A DNA stretch of 64,000 nt from a candidate division WOR-3 bacterium (GCA_023129325.1 JAGMCI010000014.1:2123-66122); one strand, 5' to 3'. Shown: positions 8,054 through 18,641, counted from the stretch's first letter. Notes: generated by a model from the sequence alone, not told the origin. Program-made: numbers and translations.

Positions 8054-9249
8054 ATATTTTAATAATAACACCTAAATTTCCTTATCCTTTAGATGATGGA
8101 CACAAAATAAGATTATTTAATCTTATAAAACATACTTCTAAAAATCACCGTATTTCACTTATTTCACTTTGCGATTCTCCTGTAGGGGCGATTCATGAAT
8201 CGCCCCTACAAAAATACTGTGAAGTCATTGAACTTGTTAAAGTAAACAAATATAGTATGAAAAGATTTGTAAAACTTGCCCCGGCTTTATTCTCTAATAC
8301 TCCAATTTCAGCAAAATTCCTTTTCTTTCCCAAAATGGCAGAAAAAATTAAAAACTTGCTTCAAGTAAGGGCGAGGTCACCTCGCTCCTACTCTCTTGTT
8401 CAAATTGAGCATTCATATATGGGGCTTTATCTTGATGTCATTAAAGAGTTTAATGTTCGTAAAATACTTACTGTCCATAATCTTGAATTTTTAAGATTTC
8501 CAAGAATGTTTAAAGCATCAAGACCTGGTGGACGAAAACTTGCCTTTTTCATTGATTCAACAAGAATGTGTTACTGGGAACCAGAATTAGCCAAGAAATT
8601 TGACCACATAATTACGGTATCCGAGAGAGATAAAGAAACATTATCTGCCATAGAACCAGAATTAAATATATCAGTAATTCCAAATGGCGTATCTCTTGAA
8701 TATTTTTCTCCTTCAGTAATTCCGCCGGAACCTAATTCACTACTCTGGGTTGGTTCTTTACTTTATGAAGCAAATAAAGATGCAGTAATTTACTTTATAA
8801 ATTCAATTTTACCATTAATAAACAAAGAAATACCAGATGTAAAATTACACATAGTTGGAAAAATTACTCCTAAATTTGAAAATAAACTAAAGAAATACAA
8901 AAATGTAATAGTAGAAGGTTATGTATCTGATGTAAGACCTTATATTGAGCGATGTGAAGTTTTTATAGTTCCATTAAGAGCAGGTGGTGGCACAAGACTT
9001 AAAATCCTTGAAGCAATGGCTATGGAAAAACCTGTAGTTTCAACCTCTATTGGCTGTGAAGGCATAGATGTCGTCCATGGCAAAAACATTCTTATTGCAG
9101 ATACTACAAAAGATTTTGTCAAAGAGACTGTGCAACTTTTGCAAAACAAAGAAGTAAATGAAAAAATTAAAAAAAGTGCCCGAAAATCTGTTGAACAGAA
9201 ATATAATTGGAAAAAAATAGCCAAGCAATTAGGAACAATTTATTCATAA
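8050..9249 (+). CDS. Glycosyltransferase, GT4-like, carrying two in-frame palindromic insertions
   Basis: PLRAGGGTRLKILEAMAMEKPVVST block. The odd peptides SPVGAIHESPLQ and VRARSPRSYS are encoded by palindromes. Confidence 0.8.
   Translation: MNILIITPKFPYPLDDGHKIRLFNLIKHTSKNHRISLISLCDSPVGAIHESPLQKYCEVIELVKVNKYSMKRFVKLAPALFSNTPISAKFLFFPKMAEKIKNLLQVRARSPRSYSLVQIEHSYMGLYLDVIKEFNVRKILTVHNLEFLRFPRMFKASRPGGRKLAFFIDSTRMCYWEPELAKKFDHIITVSERDKETLSAIEPELNISVIPNGVSLEYFSPSVIPPEPNSLLWVGSLLYEANKDAVIYFINSILPLINKEIPDVKLHIVGKITPKFENKLKKYKNVIVEGYVSDVRPYIERCEVFIVPLRAGGGTRLKILEAMAMEKPVVSTSIGCEGIDVVHGKNILIADTTKDFVKETVQLLQNKEVNEKIKKSARKSVEQKYNWKKIAKQLGTIYS
8181..8210. repeat. Perfect 30-nt palindrome in frame within a CDS
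   Basis: TGTAGGGGCGATTCA/TGAATCGCCCCTACA. It is 10 codons long and encodes PVGAIHESPL. A degenerate relative lies at 8364-8392. Confidence 0.85.
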
Positions 9250-9282
9250 GTAATAAATTTTGTCTTTTATATCACCCATTTA

Positions 9283-10824
9283 ATGAGAACTTCACGCAAG
9301 TGGTGGTTGATAAGCATAATAGCTCTTGTCGTAATCTCTTTTATCCTATATGTTGCTACATTAACTCCTTTAATGGGGTTTAGTGGTGACGATGCTTTGT
9401 ATGCTACACTTGGAAAATCAATAGCTACCGGTAATGGATATAGACCAATCAATCTTCCCCATAATCCAATTAAAATTAACATACCACCATTTTATCCATT
9501 AGTTCTTTCCGGAGTATGGAAGGTATTCCCCATTTTTCCACAGAATGTACTTGCTATGAAATTTATATCTATAATTTTTTCTCTTATTTTTACAATATTA
9601 GCTATTAAGTTCATATCAAATCACACTATACAATGGATAGCCTTAAGTGCAGGATTATTAGCTGCAATTACTCCTTTAAGAGTGAGTATTTCAACACAAA
9701 TTATGACTGAGATGCTTTACTCAGTCCTCAGTGTAAGTGTCCTTCTTTTTGCAAGCAAGATAAACAGCAAAACAAGTCCTGTTTACTTGATTTTGTTGAG
9801 CTTAGGGATTATTATTACTTTTTGTACAAGAGCAGTTGGAAGTATATTAATTTTTGCAACAGGCTATTTTCTGGCACATAGACGATACTGGAAAAAATTT
9901 GCCTTATTTACCACTGTTTCTCTGGTATTAAGCTTTATTTGCATATTTTATATCTTTAAAGGGAAAGCTCCTGTCACTGGATTTCTTCGTAAGAGTTTTG
10001 AAATTTCCATTCCAGGTCCTCTCACTGTAATAGATTTTGGAAAACGAATATTTGAGAATAGTTGGACACTTATATCCTATGGTATACTTGGGCTCTTTTG
10101 TCCAATAAATAAGATTATGCTCTTTTTCACAAAGTTTACAGGTCTATCTAATCCTGTTATACCACGAATAATTGGTTTGATACTTAATGGCTTGGCTATT
10201 TATGGTTTTATATCTTCTATTAAAAAGTCTATTGGTGTACTTGAAATATATGTTATTGTATATATATTGGGACTCTGTTTTTATCCCTGGCCATCTGATA
10301 GGTTTCTTATTCCACTTGGCCCGTTTTTATTTTATTACTTCTTGAAAGGCATAAGCTTACTTTGCAATAAATTACATTTAAAAAAGAGCGTTGTGTTGAG
10401 TGTTCTTGTGGTATTTATAACTATTGGCGCCTTAAAATTAGATTTATATCTTGCAGGAAGGAAAGAAAGATATAAAATCCGAGATTCAGAATTTATACAT
10501 GCTTGGAATTGGATAAAATCTAATACTCCAAGAAATGCAATTTTGGGATGTATAAATCCCAATCAGTTCTATCTCTATACAGACCGCCATACAATTGCTT
10601 GGCTTAAAACCTTGAACTTAGACAAAAAGATAAATTGGGTAAACGAGAATAAAATTGACTATGTAATAAAAGCACCTTTTGCAGGGACAACAATTAACGA
10701 GGACTTGAGTAATTTATTCATACAACCTGTTTTAGACTCATTTCCCAATTTCTTTATGAAAGTATATAAGTCATCCCTTGGTTATATCTATATTTATAAG
10801 GTAAAAAGTAGCGAATTAAAATGA
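9283..10824 (+). CDS. Polytopic membrane protein, GT-C / ArnT-PMT (GT39/83)-like glycosyltransferase
   Basis: Many predicted TM helices. The N-terminal loop GDDALYATLGKSIATGNGY resembles the ArnT/PMT first-loop motif. Confidence 0.6.
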   Translation: MRTSRKWWLISIIALVVISFILYVATLTPLMGFSGDDALYATLGKSIATGNGYRPINLPHNPIKINIPPFYPLVLSGVWKVFPIFPQNVLAMKFISIIFSLIFTILAIKFISNHTIQWIALSAGLLAAITPLRVSISTQIMTEMLYSVLSVSVLLFASKINSKTSPVYLILLSLGIIITFCTRAVGSILIFATGYFLAHRRYWKKFALFTTVSLVLSFICIFYIFKGKAPVTGFLRKSFEISIPGPLTVIDFGKRIFENSWTLISYGILGLFCPINKIMLFFTKFTGLSNPVIPRIIGLILNGLAIYGFISSIKKSIGVLEIYVIVYILGLCFYPWPSDRFLIPLGPFLFYYFLKGISLLCNKLHLKKSVVLSVLVVFITIGALKLDLYLAGRKERYKIRDSEFIHAWNWIKSNTPRNAILGCINPNQFYLYTDRHTIAWLKTLNLDKKINWVNENKIDYVIKAPFAGTTINEDLSNLFIQPVLDSFPNFFMKVYKSSLGYIYIYKVKSSELK

Positions 10825-11954
10825 AAGTAGCAATTTATTCACCAGTTTATCCACCTTCTAAGGGAGGATTAGAATATGTAAGTTCTTCAATGGCAGAGTC
10901 TCTTACAAAATTATGTGATGTGTCTGTATTTACTACTAATGTAGAATTAGGGACAGGCAAAAAAATTTGTAATGATTTCAAAGGAATAAAAGATGGAGTA
11001 GTTGTAAAAAGATATACTCCAAAAATATTCTCTCTTTGCAAATTAATTCATCCTCAACTGTATTCATGGGACTTAGTAAAAGACCTTTGTGAGCATAAAG
11101 TAGATGTCATTCATCTTTATGGTTTTTTTCAATTTCCAATGCTTCTTTCAATATTAAAATATGTAAAATGCCCTACAATTTTATCACCAGTAGCTATATT
11201 TGAGAATTCAGAGACATTTATGCATTCGCTGCTAAGGAGATTTTTACTTAGAAGCATCTGCAAATATATTTCAAGAAAAGTAGTTAAAGTTATAGCTTCC
11301 ACATCCCAATATAGAGAGTTGCTTATATCTCTGGGATTTGATAGAAAAAAAATAGTAAATTCTCTAATCCATGGAATTAATTATAATAAGTTTTCTCACA
11401 TAGTAAGGAAAGAAGAAGACTTAATATTATGTATAGGAAGATATGCCTGGAATAAGGGCTTCCATATATTGATAGAATCTGCTAAATCTATATTAAAACT
11501 TAATCCTAATCTTAAATTCATTATAGCAGGTAAAGTATTTGATAAAAAATATTATGCCAAACTGAACAAAATGATAGTGGGTGAAGAAAGGATAGAATTA
11601 AAAACCAATATTACTGAAGAAGAAATTTTAAACCTTTACTCAAGAGCAAAAATATTTATCTTCCCCTCAATAGCAGACAGTTTTGGGATTGTTAATTTAG
11701 AAGCGATGGCATCAGGAATTCCTGTTATAGCAACAAAAGTAGGAGCAGCTCCTTCATTCTTAAAAAACAATATAGATGGAATATCGATAAAACCTAATAA
11801 TAAAGAAGCCCTAACGAATGCAATCATTGAATTATTAAAAAATGAAAGAAAAAGAGAGTTCTTTAGCCTCAAAGGGGAAGAGACAGTCAAGAAATATGGA
11901 TGGGACAAAATAGCACGAGAGACATTAAAAGTCTACGCGGAAGTAAAGAGATGA
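10821..11954 (+). CDS. Glycosyltransferase, GT4
   Basis: FPSIADSFGIVNLEAMASGIPVIATKVGA block. Confidence 0.85.
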   Translation: MKVAIYSPVYPPSKGGLEYVSSSMAESLTKLCDVSVFTTNVELGTGKKICNDFKGIKDGVVVKRYTPKIFSLCKLIHPQLYSWDLVKDLCEHKVDVIHLYGFFQFPMLLSILKYVKCPTILSPVAIFENSETFMHSLLRRFLLRSICKYISRKVVKVIASTSQYRELLISLGFDRKKIVNSLIHGINYNKFSHIVRKEEDLILCIGRYAWNKGFHILIESAKSILKLNPNLKFIIAGKVFDKKYYAKLNKMIVGEERIELKTNITEEEILNLYSRAKIFIFPSIADSFGIVNLEAMASGIPVIATKVGAAPSFLKNNIDGISIKPNNKEALTNAIIELLKNERKREFFSLKGEETVKKYGWDKIARETLKVYAEVKR

Positions 11955-11968
11955 GCAATATAAATCTA

Positions 11969-11997
11969 TTGACAATATATAAAAGTGGGCTTATATT
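11969..11997 (+). promoter_or_regulatory. Sigma-70-like promoter
   Basis: TTGACA, a 17-nt spacer, then TATATT, just upstream of the flippase gene. Confidence 0.45.
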
Positions 11998-12008
11998 AAA
12001 GAGATAAT

Positions 12009-13499
12009 ATGGACAACTTTCTTGAACCCAGAGGGAGTCTTACCCAGCGTGCTATCCGCAGTGGAGCTTGGGTGTTTGCACTACAAATTACTAATCGCTT
12101 ATTTATGTTTGTCCGTACAATTATTCTGGCACGACTTCTGGCACCAAACGACTTTGGACTATTTGGAATTACCCTATTGGTGATAGCCGCATTAGAGGTT
12201 TTCTCTCAGACAGGGTTTAAGAGTGCTTTGATTCAAAAAAAGGAAAACACCAACGAGTACCTGGATACTGCTTGGACTGTTTCAGCTCTTAGAGGCATTA
12301 TTTTATTTGCCATATTGTTTTTCACAGCACCACTCGTCGCACTCTTTTTTAAGGTTCCGGAAGCAAAACTCATTGTCAGGATAGTTGGAGTTTTACTCTT
12401 GTTAGATGGCTTTGCAAATATCGGCATAGTTTACTTCAAAAAAGAATTGGAGTTTAATAAACAATTTATTTATCAATTAAGTGGAATCCTGGCAGATGTG
12501 GGAGTGGCTATCACTCTGGCTTTTATCTTAAGAAGCGTCTGGGCATTGGTTTGGGGATTGCTTGCTGGTGGAGTTGTGAGATGTATTGTTTCATATTTTA
12601 TTCACCCATATAGACCTCATATCAAACTTGAAATGGGCAAAGCTAAAGAATTGTTTACTTTCGGCAAATGGCTTTTGGGTGGCAGCATAGTGACTTTTTT
12701 AGCTACTCAGGGAGATGATGGTTTTCTTGGCAAAGTCCTGGGGGTAACGGCACTTGGTTTTTACCAGTTAGCTTTTCGTTTTGCATCTCTTCCGGGCTCA
12801 GAAATTGGTGTAATATCAAGAGTGGCATTTCCAACTTACTCAAAGCTACAGGACGATATTCCTAAACTGAGAAACACTTATTTAAAAGTATTAAAATTTG
12901 TTACTTTCTTTGCCATACCTCTTGCAGGTGGAATATTCATACTTGGTCCAGAATTTACCAGAATCTTCTTGGGAGAAAAGTGGTTGCCTATGGTTCCAGC
13001 ATTAAAGATACTGGCTATTACAATGATGATTAAAACTACCGTTGATACCAGTGGTGCTTTGTTTAACGGCATAGGAAGACCAGATATAACATTTAAAATG
13101 GTTCTTGTTAGAGTGATAATTCTTGCTGCTATCATATATCCATTAACTATATTATATGGAATTGCAGGCACCGCCCTATCTGTCCTTTTAGGTATTTGTC
13201 TCAGCATCCCCGTGTGGCTTTTAGGAACTTTCAAAGAAATCAAGGTTAAAATAAATGACTATCTCTCAATACTCTGGCCCCCTTTGGTGGGCACGGTTAT
13301 AATGTCTGCCATTATATCTGCTCTCAAATTATTACTTGGGCCATTCCAATTAATTGCATTTCTTATCTCTACATTTGCTGGTATCGTAACTTACTTTGGC
13401 TTTATTTTCCTGGCTCAAAGGTTTTCAAGATATGCTATATTTAAAGACTTAAGATTTATCCTTGCTTCATTAGGGATAGAAAACAGAATAAAAACATGA
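12009..13499 (+). CDS. wzx: Wzx-type polysaccharide flippase (MOP superfamily)
   Basis: 496 aa and highly hydrophobic throughout. The N-terminal region and overall layout are typical of polysaccharide biosynthesis protein/Wzx. Confidence 0.75.
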   Translation: MDNFLEPRGSLTQRAIRSGAWVFALQITNRLFMFVRTIILARLLAPNDFGLFGITLLVIAALEVFSQTGFKSALIQKKENTNEYLDTAWTVSALRGIILFAILFFTAPLVALFFKVPEAKLIVRIVGVLLLLDGFANIGIVYFKKELEFNKQFIYQLSGILADVGVAITLAFILRSVWALVWGLLAGGVVRCIVSYFIHPYRPHIKLEMGKAKELFTFGKWLLGGSIVTFLATQGDDGFLGKVLGVTALGFYQLAFRFASLPGSEIGVISRVAFPTYSKLQDDIPKLRNTYLKVLKFVTFFAIPLAGGIFILGPEFTRIFLGEKWLPMVPALKILAITMMIKTTVDTSGALFNGIGRPDITFKMVLVRVIILAAIIYPLTILYGIAGTALSVLLGICLSIPVWLLGTFKEIKVKINDYLSILWPPLVGTVIMSAIISALKLLLGPFQLIAFLISTFAGIVTYFGFIFLAQRFSRYAIFKDLRFILASLGIENRIKT

Positions 13500-14497
13500 A
13501 AGAGGCAATTAACTTCCCAATACATATATTACCAATAAGAAAGCGAATTTTGAGAAAATGTTTTCTAACAACGATTTTTCCTTTAATCCACCCGAAGAAA
13601 ATGAAAAGGTTAAAAAGGTCATTGCTGAATTGTAGAATAGCCATAAAAGCCACGTCTGACTTTGAGCGAAATTTATATACTCGCCTACAATATGGTGATT
13701 ACTGGGTTAAGTATGAACTAATTAAAGTATTTGGAGAAATGGGATGTATTGTTACAGACGAATATCCGAATATTGTTATCCATTTGTTTGGCAGGCAAAC
13801 CAAATTACCTAAAACTACTTATAACCTCATCTGGATATACAGTCATCCAGATGAGGTTACTCCAAAGTTATTAAGACAATATGATAAGATATTTTGTTTA
13901 TCATCTTCATTTATCAACAAAATCAATCAGATGGGTTTTGAAGCAAAATTGATGCTTGGAGCAACAGTCAAGAAACCTATCGTAAGTGATATAAAGTATG
14001 ATATTGTATTTGTAGGTAATGCCCGTCCAGAATTACCTTACGGACGAAAAATTATTCAAGATGTTGGAGAAACTGCTTATAATTTTAAGGTATGGGGATA
14101 TGGATGGAAGAACATATTGCCCAAAAAATATTACGGAGGAGCATATTTTGATAATCAGAGGCTTAATGAACTATACGCTTCCTCTTTGATTACACTAAAC
14201 GACCATTTTGAAGACATGGCAAATGAGGGATTTGTAGCAGTGAGAATTTTTGACATCTTAGCCAGTGGTGGGTTTTGTATTTCGGATAAAAATTCTGGAA
14301 TTAAAGAAATCTTTGGAGACACTGTTCCACAGTATAAGTCTGCAGAGCATTTGAGAAAACTCATTGATTTTTATATTAACAATCCCGACGAACGGTTAGA
14401 ACTGATGAAAAAGGGCCAAAAAATAGCTCTATCTCATCCCTGGCAAGAAAGGGCAAAGCAGTTCTTGGGGGACTTAATAAATACTAAAAATGAATGA
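13496..14497 (+). CDS. CgeB-family (Glyco_trans_1_2-like) glycosyltransferase
   Basis: C-terminal signature VAVRIFDILASGGFCISDKNSGIKEIFG...YKSAEHLRKLIDFYINNPDERLELMKKGQ. The true start may be an internal Met. Confidence 0.65.
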   Translation: MKEAINFPIHILPIRKRILRKCFLTTIFPLIHPKKMKRLKRSLLNCRIAIKATSDFERNLYTRLQYGDYWVKYELIKVFGEMGCIVTDEYPNIVIHLFGRQTKLPKTTYNLIWIYSHPDEVTPKLLRQYDKIFCLSSSFINKINQMGFEAKLMLGATVKKPIVSDIKYDIVFVGNARPELPYGRKIIQDVGETAYNFKVWGYGWKNILPKKYYGGAYFDNQRLNELYASSLITLNDHFEDMANEGFVAVRIFDILASGGFCISDKNSGIKEIFGDTVPQYKSAEHLRKLIDFYINNPDERLELMKKGQKIALSHPWQERAKQFLGDLINTKNE

Positions 14498-16121
14498 AAT
14501 TGCAAGAAACTCTATAAAGCCATGGATAGACAATCCCCAGTTTAATGGATTGGATGTATGTTGTGGCAAAGACAAGGTGCTTCCAACTGCTATTGGTGTA
14601 GATATTGCTCGAGGAAAAAATGTAAATCCTGAACTTGTTGGGGATGCTGTAGATTTGCCATTTAAACCGAACACAATGGATTATGTCGTATGTAATCATG
14701 GACTGGAACATCTTGAGGACTCAGTAAAGGCACTAACAGAGTGGAAGAGAATTTTGAAGCCAAATGGTTTATTAATTGTTTTGGTCCCGGATGCAAGATA
14801 CCACAATGTTTTAAAAAGCGACCCTACACACATTCATGCATTTATTCCTGAGAGCTTAAAGGCTATCTTCTTAAGTATTGGGGGGCTTGAAATTTTACAA
14901 ATGGATACCATTGACCCTCAAGGCATATACATATCACCGGGAGGCGGAGGAACATTGGGATTTGAAATTATAGCAAAAAAAACAAAAAAACCTGTCGCAG
15001 GAGCCACAAAAACCAATCAAATTCGGAGAACACTAAAAAAGGCAGTTTTGCTTCATAAACTTAGACAGCTACGAAGGCTTATCAGAGACATCATTAAACA
15101 TACACTTGCATTAAACAAGTATAAATATTTTCAAGTGAAAAACACTAAAAATGGAGTAAAGATATTTTACATTGATGATTTTGCTCCCGAACATTCTAAC
15201 TTTTACTGGTTAAAAAACTTCCAAAAATTTGGTGAAGTAAAAATATTTGATATCAGACAACAAAACCAAGAGCTAATTGCCAAAAAAGTAATGAGTTTTG
15301 AGCCAGAACACATCCATTTAGGTGGAAGTGTAAAAAACAATATGGTCTCTTCTCAACTTCTGTATAAGTTTAAGCAGAAATTAAATTGCACTATATCTGC
15401 ATTTTATGGAGATGCATCATATTCAGTGTATCATTCTAGGTTGGCAGAAGTTGTAGACTATATATATGTATCAAATAAGACTCATATTAAACTGAATAAG
15501 AAAAAGGGACATAGTAATTTTGAGTATATGCCTTGTCCCACCGACCCAGATATTTTTAATCACCAAAAGTGTAAAAAGGCTTATGATATAGTCTTCATCG
15601 GGAATAATAACCAAGCTTCCCGCTTGCCATTATTAGAAAAATTAGCAAATAATTTCAATCTCAAGGTTTTTGGCAATGGTTGGGAGGGAACTGGATTGAA
15701 CTATGGAAGACCTGTTTACGGTAGAACATTTAGTAAAGTTTGTAATAAGGCAAAAATATGCCTTGGAATTTTAGACAATAAATGGGTAAAGTTAGAAGCA
15801 TATTTTTCCAATCGTTTGGCTAACACTTTGGCCGCAAGGTCTTTCTACCTTCAGCGTTATACTCACGGGATAGAGAAGGTTTTTGCTAACCAAAAGCATT
15901 TACTCTGGTATAAAAGTGAGAAGGAGTTAATTGAACTTATTAAATATTATTTGGTTCACGAAACTGAGAGAGAAAAAATTGCTTTAGAGGGTCAGCAGGA
16001 AGTTTATAAGAAATATACTTATGAAAAAAGCGTTCAAAGAATCCTTAATGATGTGAAAAAGATAAAGTTGAAAACATTGGCAGGAATATATGCGAAAAAG
16101 AAGGGAGATGCAGTTATTTAA
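14490..16121 (+). CDS. Fusion protein: N-terminal SAM methyltransferase plus C-terminal CgeB-family glycosyltransferase
   Basis: The N-terminus has LPFKPNTMDYVVCNHGLEHLED...RILKPNGLLIV (Methyltransf_11-like). The C-terminus has NRLANTLAARSFYLQRY...KSEKELIELIKYYLVHETEREKIALEGQ. Confidence 0.7.
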   Translation: MNEIARNSIKPWIDNPQFNGLDVCCGKDKVLPTAIGVDIARGKNVNPELVGDAVDLPFKPNTMDYVVCNHGLEHLEDSVKALTEWKRILKPNGLLIVLVPDARYHNVLKSDPTHIHAFIPESLKAIFLSIGGLEILQMDTIDPQGIYISPGGGGTLGFEIIAKKTKKPVAGATKTNQIRRTLKKAVLLHKLRQLRRLIRDIIKHTLALNKYKYFQVKNTKNGVKIFYIDDFAPEHSNFYWLKNFQKFGEVKIFDIRQQNQELIAKKVMSFEPEHIHLGGSVKNNMVSSQLLYKFKQKLNCTISAFYGDASYSVYHSRLAEVVDYIYVSNKTHIKLNKKKGHSNFEYMPCPTDPDIFNHQKCKKAYDIVFIGNNNQASRLPLLEKLANNFNLKVFGNGWEGTGLNYGRPVYGRTFSKVCNKAKICLGILDNKWVKLEAYFSNRLANTLAARSFYLQRYTHGIEKVFANQKHLLWYKSEKELIELIKYYLVHETEREKIALEGQQEVYKKYTYEKSVQRILNDVKKIKLKTLAGIYAKKKGDAVI

Positions 16122-17223
16122 ACCTAATATATCTGAAGCGGCTATTGAGGCAACTGCTAAAGTCTTAAGGTCGGGCTGGATTGGTCTGGGCCCAAAAGTA
16201 GCAGAATTTGAAGAGAAGTTCGCCAAGTATGTTGGAGCTAAATATGCTGTAGCCACTAATTCCTGTACCTCAGCATTGCACCTTGCTTTAATAGTGAGTG
16301 ATACCAAAGATGGTGATGAGGTAATTACTACTCCTCTTACTTTTGTTTCCACAAACCATGTTATCCTATATCAAAGAGCAATACCTGTCTTTGCAGATAT
16401 TGACCCAAGAACATATTGTATAAGTCCAGAGTCTATTAAGAAAATGATTACAAATAAAACAAAGGCAATTATTTGTATGCATCACGGAGGACATCCTTGC
16501 AATTTAGATAGAATCTACGCGATAGCAAAGAAACATAATCTAAGAGTAATTGAAGATGCTGCCCACGCCTGTGGCTCAGTATGTAAAGGTAAAAAAATAG
16601 GTTCGCTTGGTTTAACTTGTTTCAGCTTTCACGCTGTTAAAAATCTACCTGTTGGAGATGGGGGAATGGTAACTACAAATGATGGAAAACAATATGAAAG
16701 ATTGAAAAAGTTACGCTGGCTTGGAATAAATAAGGATACATATAGTAGAACCAAAGAAGACAAAGGAAAGGCAAGTTCCTATGCTTGGAAATACGATGTG
16801 CCGGAATTAGGATATAAATATCATATGAACGATATCACTGCTGCAATTGGTATAGAACAATTAAAGTTAGTAGAGGAACAGAATGCTTATCGCCGAAAAT
16901 TAGCTGGGATTTATAATCAGGAATTACACAATTCAGATATTATATCTTTACCTTATGTCTCTCCCGATGTAATAACTTCACAACACTTATATGTGATTCA
17001 AATAAAAAGACGGGACGACCTTATAGCTAAACTTAAAGAGAACGAGATTGCTCCAGGAGTCCACTATATTCCCAACAATACTTTCCCTATGTATAGAAAT
17101 TGTAAAGCTGATGTAAAAAACGCTATAAAAACAGCAAAAAATATTATTTCTCTTCCTATGCACACATTATTAACGAAGAAAGATGTTTATAAAGTAATCA
17201 GAATAATTAACGAAGGCTGGTAA
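16090..17223 (+). CDS. DegT/DnrJ/EryC1/StrS-family sugar aminotransferase
   Basis: FSFHAVKNLPVGDGGMVTTND contains the PLP lysine. The layout is typical of the family. An alternative start is at 16108. Confidence 0.85.
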   Translation: MRKRREMQLFKPNISEAAIEATAKVLRSGWIGLGPKVAEFEEKFAKYVGAKYAVATNSCTSALHLALIVSDTKDGDEVITTPLTFVSTNHVILYQRAIPVFADIDPRTYCISPESIKKMITNKTKAIICMHHGGHPCNLDRIYAIAKKHNLRVIEDAAHACGSVCKGKKIGSLGLTCFSFHAVKNLPVGDGGMVTTNDGKQYERLKKLRWLGINKDTYSRTKEDKGKASSYAWKYDVPELGYKYHMNDITAAIGIEQLKLVEEQNAYRRKLAGIYNQELHNSDIISLPYVSPDVITSQHLYVIQIKRRDDLIAKLKENEIAPGVHYIPNNTFPMYRNCKADVKNAIKTAKNIISLPMHTLLTKKDVYKVIRIINEGW

Positions 17224-17224
17224 A

Positions 17225-17719
17225 ATGCACTTCACTTTATTGCTCTTAAAGAAAAAACACCTTGAGTTCTTGAGAAAAGCACGAAACTCCCCTCAAATAA
17301 ATAGATATTTATTCACAGATGTCCATATTTCAAAAAGAGACCAGGAGAAATGGTATCAAAAATACTTAAAGAATAAAAAATACCTCATATTTGTTGTTCA
17401 GGCTGATTGTCTTATCGGATATACTCAAATAACCCACATAGATAATGCTAACCGCTCTTGCGAGGTGGGCTTTTGTATTGCTCCCGGATATCAAGGTGAG
17501 GGTTATGGAAAAGAACTGGTGAGAAAAATAGTAGATTATGCGTTTAAGAAATTAAATATGCATCGAGTCTATTTGGAACTCTTTGCTGATAATGAGAGGG
17601 CAATAAACTTATATAAAAAATGTGGATTCAAGAAAGAAGGACTCTTACGAGACAAGATACTCAAAAGAGGAAAATTTCGGGATGTAGTAATTATGAGTAT
17701 TATAAAAGTTAATGCCTAA
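17225..17719 (+). CDS. GNAT N-acetyltransferase, PseH-like
   Basis: GYQGEGYGKELV acetyl-CoA motif and NERAINLYKKCGFKKEG. It directly follows the aminotransferase. Confidence 0.75.
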   Translation: MHFTLLLLKKKHLEFLRKARNSPQINRYLFTDVHISKRDQEKWYQKYLKNKKYLIFVVQADCLIGYTQITHIDNANRSCEVGFCIAPGYQGEGYGKELVRKIVDYAFKKLNMHRVYLELFADNERAINLYKKCGFKKEGLLRDKILKRGKFRDVVIMSIIKVNA

Positions 17720-18641
17720 AAATCATCTCAAAGTTTATCTCATTCACGATACCCGGAAAGGAACCTCTCCCCATTTACATAATCTTCGCCGAGGGCTCTC
17801 CCATGCCGGTGTAAAAACAATAATCAGTCTTCCTTTCGCCTTGAGAAGAGATTTTCCTAAATTTTTAACACTTCGTAATCTTGGGAGACCCGAAGTAAAA
17901 GTGCTTCATTATATTTGGGGAGATATTCATCCCTTTTCTTATGTCATTACTAAACTCTTTACGCATAAAAAAATCATAGTTCATTGGATGGGGAGTGATG
18001 TGCTTCAAATTCTCTCTTCCCCTTGGAAGAGAATTCTCTGGAGAATGATAAAGAAAGTAATCAATGTCCATTGCACAGATTTTTATGCTACCGCATTGGA
18101 ACTTCGGACTATAGGAATAAAAGCAAAAGTAATTCCACTGATACCTGACTTATCCTTTAGTCCTATGAAAACTATCTGGCCTCCTGGAAAAGTAGTGTTT
18201 ACCTATATACCGGAGTCAAGGGAAACATTTTATGGGAGTAAGATTATCTTTGCTTTAGCCAAGAGATTAAAAGATGTGGAATTCCTAATAGTAGGTACCA
18301 CTGGTAAGAATTGTCCCCAATTACCCAATGTTAAATATTTAGGATTTATTGAAGATATGGAACAAAAGATATGGAATAAAGTAAAAGGATATATTAGAAT
18401 TACTAAACACGATGGCTTATCTCATTTAGTAATTGAAGCTTTGGCACGAGGGAAATATGTCATTCGTTCTTATAAATTTCCTTACTGTTTTTATGCCCGT
18501 ACTCTTGGGGATACTGAACAGGCACTTCGACAAATCCTGCAAAAAAAGGAACCCAATTTTGCTGGAATGAATTATGTAAATACCAGATTTCATCCCTTAA
18601 TACTCGCGCGTAACCTAAAAAAACTATACATGGAAATTTAA
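17712..18641 (+). CDS. Hypothetical GT-B-fold glycosyltransferase-like protein
   Basis: DGLSHLVIEALARGKYVI aligns by eye with the GT1/GT4 EAMA block. There is no other recognisable motif. Confidence 0.45.
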   Translation: MPKNHLKVYLIHDTRKGTSPHLHNLRRGLSHAGVKTIISLPFALRRDFPKFLTLRNLGRPEVKVLHYIWGDIHPFSYVITKLFTHKKIIVHWMGSDVLQILSSPWKRILWRMIKKVINVHCTDFYATALELRTIGIKAKVIPLIPDLSFSPMKTIWPPGKVVFTYIPESRETFYGSKIIFALAKRLKDVEFLIVGTTGKNCPQLPNVKYLGFIEDMEQKIWNKVKGYIRITKHDGLSHLVIEALARGKYVIRSYKFPYCFYARTLGDTEQALRQILQKKEPNFAGMNYVNTRFHPLILARNLKKLYMEI

